Shown: piece after piece, positions 17,375-24,620 of the stretch
How positions within the stretch are numbered: position 1 is the stretch's first letter
Layout of the letters: every line of letters starts with the position of its first letter
Source: Candidatus Hodarchaeum mangrovi
GTDB lineage: Archaea > Asgardarchaeota > Heimdallarchaeia > Hodarchaeales > Hodarchaeaceae
Direction of reading: 5' to 3'
Assembly (NCBI GenBank): GCA_016839515.1
Contig: JAEOUE010000083.1
Location: forward strand, 1 to 24,620
Length of the DNA: 24,620 nucleotides
Notes under the pieces: model-generated
The model's database searches: none
The model's input: the letters and a program-made list of their open reading frames with translations, nothing else
What the model was told of the DNA's origin: nothing
Translations under genes and position numbers: made by a program

Positions 17375-17646
17375 AGTTAGAAGCCTATATACAGCATATT
17401 TTAGAAAATCCCTCTGAAGAAGTCCTTTTTGAAGCAGGGAAAAAAATCAAAGGATTGACGAAAAAGACAGATGGTGTAATAGCATATGAAGTTAAAATTT
17501 TTGCTAAAGAAGTGGGTTCTCTAGCCTCCTTTGCTTCTCCCAAGGCAACTATCATGCAATGGTCTCCTGATAAAATACGAGATTTTATAAATAAGAAAAA
17601 GATGAACCTAAGTAAAAAAAGTCTACAATTAGAGATTGATGACTGA
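17371..17646 (+). CDS. Small hypothetical protein
   Basis: TTG start overlapping the upstream TGA, GGTGA RBS, charged soluble composition. Confidence 0.65.
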   Translation: MKLEAYIQHILENPSEEVLFEAGKKIKGLTKKTDGVIAYEVKIFAKEVGSLASFASPKATIMQWSPDKIRDFINKKKMNLSKKSLQLEIDD

Positions 17647-17681
17647 AGCTTCAGCTGTATTAAATATTTTAAATCTAACAA

Positions 17682-18521
17682 TTAAGCTATATTGTACAAT
17701 GTGATTATTTCAGGAGTACTTTTTGCTGAACTAGATTGAACCTTATAATCTTTAGAGATTCCTATTATTGAGATAATTGCCGATACTTCCGCTTTACATT
17801 CTTCAACCATATCTAATAAGGTTTGAACCGTTTTTCCAGTACGAATAATATCATCAATAATAAGTACACGATCTTTAGGATTAATTTTCGCTCTTTGAAG
17901 ATATATCGTTTGTTGTCTATTCTGTTCATAAAGCTGAATAGATTTAGAAAGATACTCTTCGATTCCCAAGGGCGGATCATGCTTTATATAGACCAATGGT
18001 ATCTCAAATTCTTGAGCGAGAATCAAAGCGAAGGGTGTCCCATCAGTACTTCCTGCCACGATTTTATCAAACTTCTTGTCAAATAATTCTGTTCGAGCAA
18101 CAATGAAAGCAATTTTTTTCAATAAGTCCAAATCAGAAAGTAGAGCACTTGTGTCTACAAAATATACATCTTGGATTCGCATCCCCAGTATTCCTTTTAC
18201 AATTAAATTTGCAGGTACTATTTTATCCAGTATAAAAGACAATAGAAAGTTTTTTCTTTCATCAGTAGGAAGAGCTTTTCTATTTATATATCGTGAAAGG
18301 TCTGCAACCGAAAAAATCCCCTTTAACACTTGTCTCTTATCAAGTGTATCTTGAAACTTACCTATAATATAATTATTTAGAATAGAAGCCATAGTTTCTA
18401 GATTATTATACTCTTCAAAAAGACTAGTCAAGAATTTGACGACCATGATCTTCTCATGGGCATTTTTAAGTTTATCTCTCTTAGAATCTGAAAAAGAATG
18501 TTTTTTTTTCAGTGATAACAA
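17682..18521 (-). CDS. Archaeal-type HTH plus phosphoribosyltransferase-fold protein (PurR/APRT-like regulator)
   Basis: N-terminal LSRYIN...LP recognition-helix pattern. C-terminal FDKIVAGSTDGTPFA and PRPP loop VLIIDDIIRTGKT. Confidence 0.8.
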   Translation of the reverse strand: MLSLKKKHSFSDSKRDKLKNAHEKIMVVKFLTSLFEEYNNLETMASILNNYIIGKFQDTLDKRQVLKGIFSVADLSRYINRKALPTDERKNFLLSFILDKIVPANLIVKGILGMRIQDVYFVDTSALLSDLDLLKKIAFIVARTELFDKKFDKIVAGSTDGTPFALILAQEFEIPLVYIKHDPPLGIEEYLSKSIQLYEQNRQQTIYLQRAKINPKDRVLIIDDIIRTGKTVQTLLDMVEECKAEVSAIISIIGISKDYKVQSSSAKSTPEIITLYNIA

Positions 18522-18739
18522 CTTCCAGTTAATATTTTCAGTTATAATGAAAATTGAAGTATTACAATAAGTTTACAAATCTATGTAAAATCTTTCCTAT
18601 TTCTGAGTAAAGAGCTGATTAAAAATGAGTTGAACATTGGGACACATTAGCGAAATATTATTATGAAAAAAGGAAAAAAAATCACATTGATAATCATCAA
18701 AAGAATAAAATGATCTATTTAGATGATCGTACTTGAGGA

Positions 18740-20473
18740 TTAGAAGAAGCATCGTTTTGATGGTTCAATATATTCATCTAATTTCTTTCGTGCCTGCTCT
18801 TGAATATCAAATGGATTTTCTAATGTTAGGAGATTTTCAACCCATCCCTGTAATTCTTGATAGCTCAATTGTTTAACAACGAATTTAACCTTTGGGATAT
18901 CCTCAGGATTTAAACTCAATTCGTCAATGCCTAAACCGATAAGAATAGGAATTGAAGTAAAATTACTTGCCATTTCTCCGCAGATACCAACCCATTTCTT
19001 TTCTTTATGAGCATTGATGACCACTTCTCGGATTAAACGTAAGACTGAAGGTTGAAAATGACTATGAAATATGCTAACATTCGGATTAATTCTATCTGCA
19101 GCCATTACATACTGGGTTAGATCATTAGTACCAATACTAAAAAAATCAACATAACGGATGAATTTATCAGAAAGGACTGCAGCACTAGGAGTCTCTATCA
19201 TAATGCCTATTGATAATTCATCTTTGTAATTCAACTCTTCTTTTATTTTCATAACGATAAGATTTATTGCCTGAATCTCTTCAATTAGAGAGATCATTGG
19301 AACCATTATTTTTAGATTTTTCTCTTCATTCGCTAAAATGAATGCTCGGATCATTGTTTCCATCAATTCAGGATGATCATTAGTTAAACGGATTCCTCTC
19401 ACTCCAAGTGCTGGATTTGGTTCTTTTTCCAAAGGTAGACTAGGAATAGATTTATCAGAACCTAAATCTAAAGTTCTAATAATTACATCATAAGGCTGAC
19501 ATTTTTGAGAAACTTTTTGGAAAATTCTAATAAGTGCCTCTTGCGTCGGTAAAGAAGGTAGTTCTGTATATAAAAGTTCGGTACGGAATAAACCAATTCC
19601 TTCTCCACCATTTTTAATAGTGTTTTCAACTTCATCTAAGTTTGCAGCATTTCCTGCTACAATTATTCTTCTCCCATCTTTAGTAATAGCCTCATCCCCC
19701 GAAATTTGTTTTAAATATTCTTCCATCTCAAGATTTCTGGTAATTATCTCTTTAATATGATCAATGATCTCTTGAGTCGGATCTATTATCAATTTCCCTT
19801 CCTCTCCATCAATTATTGATAGAGTATCTGTTTGAATCTGTGAGAGAATTGCATTACATTCAATTAACAACGGAATTCCCATTGATTTAACAACAATCGA
19901 AAGATGTGATGTAAACGTACCATTTTCAAGTACAATCCCTAGAATATTTTTCCTTCCAATTCGAGCTAGATCAGTGACAAATAGATCATTTGCAATTACA
20001 ATTGAAGGTCTTTTGGGTATTCTCTGAGAAGAAAATTCTCCACTGAGCAGTTCGAGCAAAAAAATTTTAATGTCTCGAATATCGGAGGCCCTTTGTTGAA
20101 GATAAGGATCTGAAATACCTTCAATCATACGAGCATATTCTTCTAAGACAGTTTCGACAGCGTACTCAGTGGTATGATGGTTATCCTGGATTTCAGAGGT
20201 TGCTTTTGAAATAAATTTTGGATCTTTAAGTACCATTTTTAATGCATTAAAGATTTCACAAATTTCAGAGGTTTCTTCCTCAACAAAATCTTTCGTGAAT
20301 CTTCTATAATGAGTTTCTGCATTGTCTAAGGTAGACTGAAGCTTCAATAATTCCTGTTCTACCTCCTCTGAAGGTATTTTTTCATCGTTAATTCTTATTT
20401 CTTTTTTTGTATAGATAAAGCATGGTCCAATTACACTTTTTTTACTTAGACTTTTGCCTATAAATTGCTCCAA
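18740..20473 (-). CDS. ptsI: PEP-protein phosphotransferase, PTS enzyme I
   Basis: YLQQRASDIRD, phospho-His in TSHLSIV, GIGLFRTE, IRTLDLGSDK, EPNPALGVRGIR, MIETPSA, FFSIGTNDLTQY, GICGEMA. 577 aa, TTG start. Confidence 0.97.
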   Translation of the reverse strand: MEQFIGKSLSKKSVIGPCFIYTKKEIRINDEKIPSEEVEQELLKLQSTLDNAETHYRRFTKDFVEEETSEICEIFNALKMVLKDPKFISKATSEIQDNHHTTEYAVETVLEEYARMIEGISDPYLQQRASDIRDIKIFLLELLSGEFSSQRIPKRPSIVIANDLFVTDLARIGRKNILGIVLENGTFTSHLSIVVKSMGIPLLIECNAILSQIQTDTLSIIDGEEGKLIIDPTQEIIDHIKEIITRNLEMEEYLKQISGDEAITKDGRRIIVAGNAANLDEVENTIKNGGEGIGLFRTELLYTELPSLPTQEALIRIFQKVSQKCQPYDVIIRTLDLGSDKSIPSLPLEKEPNPALGVRGIRLTNDHPELMETMIRAFILANEEKNLKIMVPMISLIEEIQAINLIVMKIKEELNYKDELSIGIMIETPSAAVLSDKFIRYVDFFSIGTNDLTQYVMAADRINPNVSIFHSHFQPSVLRLIREVVINAHKEKKWVGICGEMASNFTSIPILIGLGIDELSLNPEDIPKVKFVVKQLSYQELQGWVENLLTLENPFDIQEQARKKLDEYIEPSKRCFF

Positions 20474-20477
20474 AATT

Positions 20478-20747
20478 TTACCCTTCTTCTCCTAAACCAG
20501 CCTCAATAATTGCCACCAGTTTTTTAATTGACTCATCCTCATCTATTCCATTAGTAATTATTTTAATGGTTGTACCTTTCACTGCACCTAATGTTAAAAT
20601 ATCAAGAAGACTTTTACCATCAGCTGATTTGTTATTACATTCAATTATTATGTCTGAAGTGTATTCTTGTGCTGTTTTTACGAAAAATGCTGCGGGACGA
20701 GCATGTAATCCAACAGAATTGATCAAGGTAACTTCGACACTTTGCAG
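20478..20747 (-). CDS. ptsH: Phosphocarrier protein HPr (proposed CTG start at 20747)
   Basis: GLHARPAA and DGKSLLDIL. Starting at the in-frame CTG gives MQSVEVTLINSVGLH, with His at 15 and Ser at 46. GAGGG lies 7 nt upstream. The track's TTG at 20726 would truncate strand beta-1. Confidence 0.93.
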   Translation of the reverse strand: MQSVEVTLINSVGLHARPAAFFVKTAQEYTSDIIIECNNKSADGKSLLDILTLGAVKGTTIKIITNGIDEDESIKKLVAIIEAGLGEEG

Positions 20748-21318
20748 GATTATTCCCTCGTATTAAATCTATTTTTAAGACTATTTTAAGAAATTCTATA
20801 TCATACAAGATTAAAGCTTTTTATGCATCTTTTATTAATCGTCCAACAAAAAATCCTTATGGATTGGCAATTTTTGGTAGTATATATATTCTAGGTCTAA
20901 TATATTTGACAGCTAAAGGTGAGAATGAAAAAGAAGATCCGTATTCAAATGTAAATTAGATTGAATAAAACAACAATGCTCTTCAAGATACAGGTTGGTA
21001 AATAGGGAAATGATTGATACTTTACAGCTTGCTATCATAATTGCTCAATTATTCATTTCATTTTTATAATTCAGATTTTATGATCAAGAGTTATATTGTA
21101 TTAAATTAGTAATCTTTAGAAAATCAAATTGATACTTCTGAATTAGTAGGACTGATAATCTAGTAAGAATCCTTAAAAATTGGAGCAGAGATCATTCTAG
21201 ACATTAATTTTCCCTATTAATTCCTATTTTAACACCATTGAAATTCAATTCCAAGATATCAAATAATAAAACAGATTGATTCTCAACGAGATTCAAAAAT
21301 ATAATAGAAGGTTTAATT

Positions 21319-22509
21319 ATGGAGAAAACTGAACATGTTTCGTTTGTAATTTTTCCTTACAGGTGGATTGTGTTGTTACTTTTTATGTTTGTTGCGATTT
21401 TAACCCAAATTATCTGGATTACCTTCGCACCAATAATGAATGAAGTAACAGGTTATTATAATGTAAGTAGCGATACCATATTGTTGCTAGCAGCTAGTTT
21501 TATGATCATCTATATTCCAGTGAATTTTCCTGCTTGTTGGTTAATTGAAAAATATGGTTTGAAATGGGGAACTGGAATAGGCGTTATACTCACAGGTATT
21601 TTTGGCTTCTTGAGAGCATTTACAGGTCCTAATTTTCTCTTTCTTTTATTTTGTCAGATAATGGTAGCTATTGGTCAACCATTTATTTTAAATTCATTTA
21701 CAAAAGTTGCTGTCAATTGGTTCCCAGAGGAAGAGAAGGCTACCGCAACTGGTTTAGGTACTATGGCATTATTTATTGGAATAATCATTGTAATGATAGC
21801 TACATATCCCCTTTATGAAGTTAATGGTATAGAATTTGTTTTACTTGTCTATGGATTATTATCTTTGATTTCAATGATCCTCTATCTGTTATTTGTAAAA
21901 GACAAACCCTCACAACCACCCAATCCGTATTTTCGAGAAAAAATATTGCAGACTAAAGGAATTAGAACTTTATTTAAAAACAGAGATTTTAACTTCCTCG
22001 TCTTTCTACTTTTTGCTGGATTAGGGATATTTAACGCGTTGCTAAGTGCCATAGATGATATTTTCAGTCGTTTTTCCCCAGATACTGGGATAATTGGAGG
22101 ATTGATTATATTTGGCGGTATTTTTGGTGCAGTTATCCTTTCTTCACTCTCTGATAAAATAGGTAAACGAAAAATCTTTTTGAATGTCGGTTTAATTGTA
22201 AGTACACCCTTAGCTTTCCTATTGGGGGTTACTGGAGCCAGTGATTTCATCTTAACAATATTATTAGCTTTTCTGTTTGGGTTTATTTTGGTGCCTGCAT
22301 TACCCGTTGGGTTAACTTATGCAGCTGAAATAACGCATCCTATACCAGAAGAGAGTTCTAATGGAGTTTTAATGATGTTTGGCCAGATAGGGGGAATAAT
22401 ATTTCTAATAGTGCCAGATATGATTCTCTTTGCTGGTGTTTTTGGAATAGCAGCCATTGTGAGCCTCTTAATGAAAGATTCAGATGCTTATAAAGGTAAG
22501 AATCAATAA
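21319..22509 (+). CDS. MFS transporter, FLVCR/SLC49-like
   Basis: YRWIVL...WITFAPI, GQPF, NWFPEEEKATAT, LSDKIGKRK, AAEITHP.PE.SSNG. About 12 hydrophobic segments. Confidence 0.88.
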   Translation: MEKTEHVSFVIFPYRWIVLLLFMFVAILTQIIWITFAPIMNEVTGYYNVSSDTILLLAASFMIIYIPVNFPACWLIEKYGLKWGTGIGVILTGIFGFLRAFTGPNFLFLLFCQIMVAIGQPFILNSFTKVAVNWFPEEEKATATGLGTMALFIGIIIVMIATYPLYEVNGIEFVLLVYGLLSLISMILYLLFVKDKPSQPPNPYFREKILQTKGIRTLFKNRDFNFLVFLLFAGLGIFNALLSAIDDIFSRFSPDTGIIGGLIIFGGIFGAVILSSLSDKIGKRKIFLNVGLIVSTPLAFLLGVTGASDFILTILLAFLFGFILVPALPVGLTYAAEITHPIPEESSNGVLMMFGQIGGIIFLIVPDMILFAGVFGIAAIVSLLMKDSDAYKGKNQ

Positions 22510-22559
22510 TAAGGCATTTCATTTTCTGGGGATTTTATTAACATCAAAGCTATTAGTTT

Positions 22560-23510
22560 TCATATAGTCCAATCTTTTGTAACATTTTTGTAATTAGGGT
22601 CATTCCAATTATTTGTTGCAGGAAAATTAACATGAGGAGGAAAGGAAGGCCACTCTGATTTAGGATTGCAATCCGTTCTTATTATTTTACCTTTATTCCA
22701 GAATGCTTGAAATTCTTCTGGATTATAGCCTGTTACAAATAGTGATTCTCTTTCTAGAGAAGGATAAAACCCCTCCTTTTTACGATCATCAGGATTAAAT
22801 GCTACAAAACAGATTGGGTCAATACTTTTTCCTTCAATCTCTCCAGTTTGATAGGTTTGACGTGTATGCATCAGAGAAATCCCATAATCTTCCACAATTG
22901 GCACAAGATCTTCAATTATGTTCGGAAAAACATGAAAACTCATCAGCACAAGGATTATTCTTCCTCTTAATTCTCTAATTGTAGGCCATTGAGTCCCTGA
23001 TGCCCCAAAATGTTCTAGATATTCTTTTTTGGTATAAAGCTTCTTTCTGTGACCAATCTTATACTTCATATTAAATGCAGTGGAAAGTTGTTCATTAAAG
23101 CGAATAAGACCAAAATTTTGGTGTGGACGATTATTTCTATCCTGTAGATCTTTTTTAATGTCTAAAAAAACAGTTATGGGAGCATGAGTTGGCTTTTGTA
23201 TTGACCAATCACTTATTATCTTAAGCCAGTCCTCAAGGTTATTACTTTGTGGATTTCTTGGAGCATTATGATTTACTTCATGTCCTGGGGCCCAATGGCC
23301 AACCTTAAAGTTTCCTTTCCCTGGAATAATCTTCAGAAGTGTAAAAAATCTTTTTATTCTTTCAAAAATCGTCCATGTATCATGAATATCTAGTTCAAAG
23401 CCTCGAATCCCGTACTCTAGTTGTTCTATTAATGACCATCGATATGAATTATGAGTTGTCATAAAAATACTCTTATTATAAGGTTGATTATCGAATCTTC
23501 CTTCGCTCAA
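22560..23510 (-). CDS. PI-PLC-like phosphodiesterase (TIM barrel), no signal peptide
   Basis: THNSY, SL.EQL.YGIRGFELDIH, VGH, W..I..WS...P.HAPI.VFLDIK, WPT..ELRGR. TTG start with AGGTGA RBS. Confidence 0.82.
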   Translation of the reverse strand: MSEGRFDNQPYNKSIFMTTHNSYRWSLIEQLEYGIRGFELDIHDTWTIFERIKRFFTLLKIIPGKGNFKVGHWAPGHEVNHNAPRNPQSNNLEDWLKIISDWSIQKPTHAPITVFLDIKKDLQDRNNRPHQNFGLIRFNEQLSTAFNMKYKIGHRKKLYTKKEYLEHFGASGTQWPTIRELRGRIILVLMSFHVFPNIIEDLVPIVEDYGISLMHTRQTYQTGEIEGKSIDPICFVAFNPDDRKKEGFYPSLERESLFVTGYNPEEFQAFWNKGKIIRTDCNPKSEWPSFPPHVNFPATNNWNDPNYKNVTKDWTI

Positions 23511-23713
23511 TACCTTTCACCTGTAAAAATTTGATAATATTAGAATTATAGATTTCCTCTTCTCACCACACCTTATAATCTCTTCCTCGATATCTGATCA
23601 TGAATAATTATTCTAAATGTTTTTTGAATCATTTTCATCTCCTAATAAAGAAATTTGGATTTATTTAGAGATTTCATTGTAAAATAATAATCTCATTACT
23701 TAATAAAATTAGA

Positions 23714-24295
23714 TTAGATGGATTCCTTTTTAAGCGTATTATCTAAAAACTTGATACGTTTCTCGATTTTTTCAATAACTTCATCCATGGAGCTAAGATA
23801 GAAATCATAGTAATTATAAAAAGTCTCACCAACTTCTAGTATCCGTTTAGCCTCGGGTGAATTCTGAATCTCTTTAGGTAACTCCATCCATGCTTTTTCC
23901 CCCTCTTCTAGTTGTTTAATTTTTCTACGTAATATTTCAGAGGCTAGTCTCATCCTCTCAGAAAATGTTTTCATAAATGATTCTGAACCATGAGAGTATA
24001 GTTTCTCTCTAGAGCCTCTTTGACGGTTTTTCGCTATAAGAAGAGCGTTTTCAAGGTCTTTTAATGTTTTTGAGACTTGCCCACGGGAATAACCAGATAA
24101 TTCAACCAACTCTCGTTGCGTTAGAGGTTGTGTAGATAATAAAATTATTGCATAAAGACGTCCCGCAATAGGATTATTTCCTCTAAGAGCCCAAATATCC
24201 TCAAATAGTTGGATAATATTCATTTTGAAGTCTTGTAGCTTTTTCTCAGCTGATTTTAATTGATCTTCTGTCACTGGAATCAAGGAATAAAGCAT
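23714..24295 (-). CDS. GbsR/MarR-family winged-helix transcriptional regulator
   Basis: G.NPIAGRLYAIILL...PLTQRELVELSGYSRGQVSKTLKDL, wing RGSREKLY, helical C-terminus. Confidence 0.85.
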   Translation of the reverse strand: MLYSLIPVTEDQLKSAEKKLQDFKMNIIQLFEDIWALRGNNPIAGRLYAIILLSTQPLTQRELVELSGYSRGQVSKTLKDLENALLIAKNRQRGSREKLYSHGSESFMKTFSERMRLASEILRRKIKQLEEGEKAWMELPKEIQNSPEAKRILEVGETFYNYYDFYLSSMDEVIEKIEKRIKFLDNTLKKESI

Positions 24296-24323
24296 ATTAA
24301 AGAGTTTAATATAATTTTCGATA

Positions 24324-24338
24324 TTTTATAATTTTTCC
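24324..24338 (-). promoter_or_regulatory. BRE/TATA (GGAAAAA TTATAAAA) for a near-leaderless regulator transcript
   Basis: TATA ends 28 nt upstream of ATG 24295. No obvious RBS. Confidence 0.5.
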
Positions 24339-24395
24339 AAATTAGGAAAATTTATAAACTTTAATATTCAATTCTCGAACAGATTGTAAAATTAG

Positions 24396-24429
24396 TTGCA
24401 TGAATTGTGCAAATTGCAGAACTGTGAAA
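24396..24429. promoter_or_regulatory. Candidate tandem operator for the GbsR-type regulator
   Basis: TTGCA-N7-TGCAA (24396-24412) immediately followed by the related TTGCAGAACTGTGAAA, just upstream of the ABC ATPase start. Confidence 0.4.
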
Positions 24430-24433
24430 AAAA

Positions 24434-24620
24434 ATGACTAGTAAAATAAAAATCCAAAATCTGACCAAATATTATGGCAAACAACGTGGAATAGAAAATT
24501 TAAGCCTTGAGATTTACAGTGGAGAAATCTTTGGCTTTCTTGGCCCCAATGGAGCAGGTAAAACTACAACTATTCGATGTATGATGAATATCCTTTTACC
24601 GAATATGGGAGAAATCTGGA
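24434..24620 (+). CDS. ABC transporter ATP-binding protein (ABC-2/exporter type), partial
   Basis: Hand translation gives MTSKIKIQNLTKYYGKQRGIENLSLEIYSGEIFGFLGPNGAGKTTTIRCMMNILLPNMGEIW, with Walker A GPNGAGKT. Runs off the right edge. Confidence 0.92.
   Translation, partial: MTSKIKIQNLTKYYGKQRGIENLSLEIYSGEIFGFLGPNGAGKTTTIRCMMNILLPNMGEIW

Noticed and set aside
20771-20959. Stop-free plus-strand frame ending ...YGLAIFGSIYILGLIYLTAKGENEKEDPYSNVN*
   Set aside because: No convincing start or RBS, and it overlaps the probable ptsH promoter. At most a gene remnant.
486-22250. Short ORF-track entries overlapping the called genes (e.g. 486..680, 1271..1507, 4516..4860, 7113..7424, 14190..14435, 15183..15479, 17385..17681, 18076..18354, 21882..22250)
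   Set aside because: They are antisense or off-frame shadows of well-supported genes, with no recognisable motifs.
1-24620. CRISPR arrays, tRNA/rRNA genes, transposases, integrases
   Set aside because: No periodic repeats, GC-rich structural RNA segments or mobile-element motifs seen by eye.

Overview
AT-rich, gene-dense window that looks archaeal. The signs are GGTGA/GGAG ribosome-binding sites, BRE-TATA-like promoters, many TTG starts, a cupin-type PGI, a DhnA-type aldolase, an HTH-PRTase regulator and a GbsR-type regulator. An Asgard/Heimdallarchaeia origin is my guess and cannot be shown from this window. The core (about 0.9-20.7 kb) is a sugar-utilisation cluster encoding a complete PEP:sugar phosphotransferase system: EI, HPr and mannose-family IIA, IIB, IIC and IID, split over three transcription units. 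Interleaved with it is an unusual enzyme set: two neutral-ceramidase-family amidohydrolases, a DegT-type sugar aminotransferase, a Gfo/Idh/MocA dehydrogenase, a cupin PGI, a stand-alone GlmS-type SIS deaminase/isomerase, a class I aldolase lacking the usual Tyr, a deviant threonine aldolase and three HAD phosphatases. I infer an undescribed PTS-fed catabolic route for an N-acylated amino sugar, probably a 3-amino or 2,3-diamino sugar. HPr appears to start at a CTG codon. The flanks hold an internally deleted erythromycin-esterase-like remnant, an FLVCR/SLC49-like MFS transporter convergent with a PI-PLC-like phosphodiesterase, and a GbsR regulator divergent from an ABC ATPase. All family calls come from motif recognition by eye; no searches were run.
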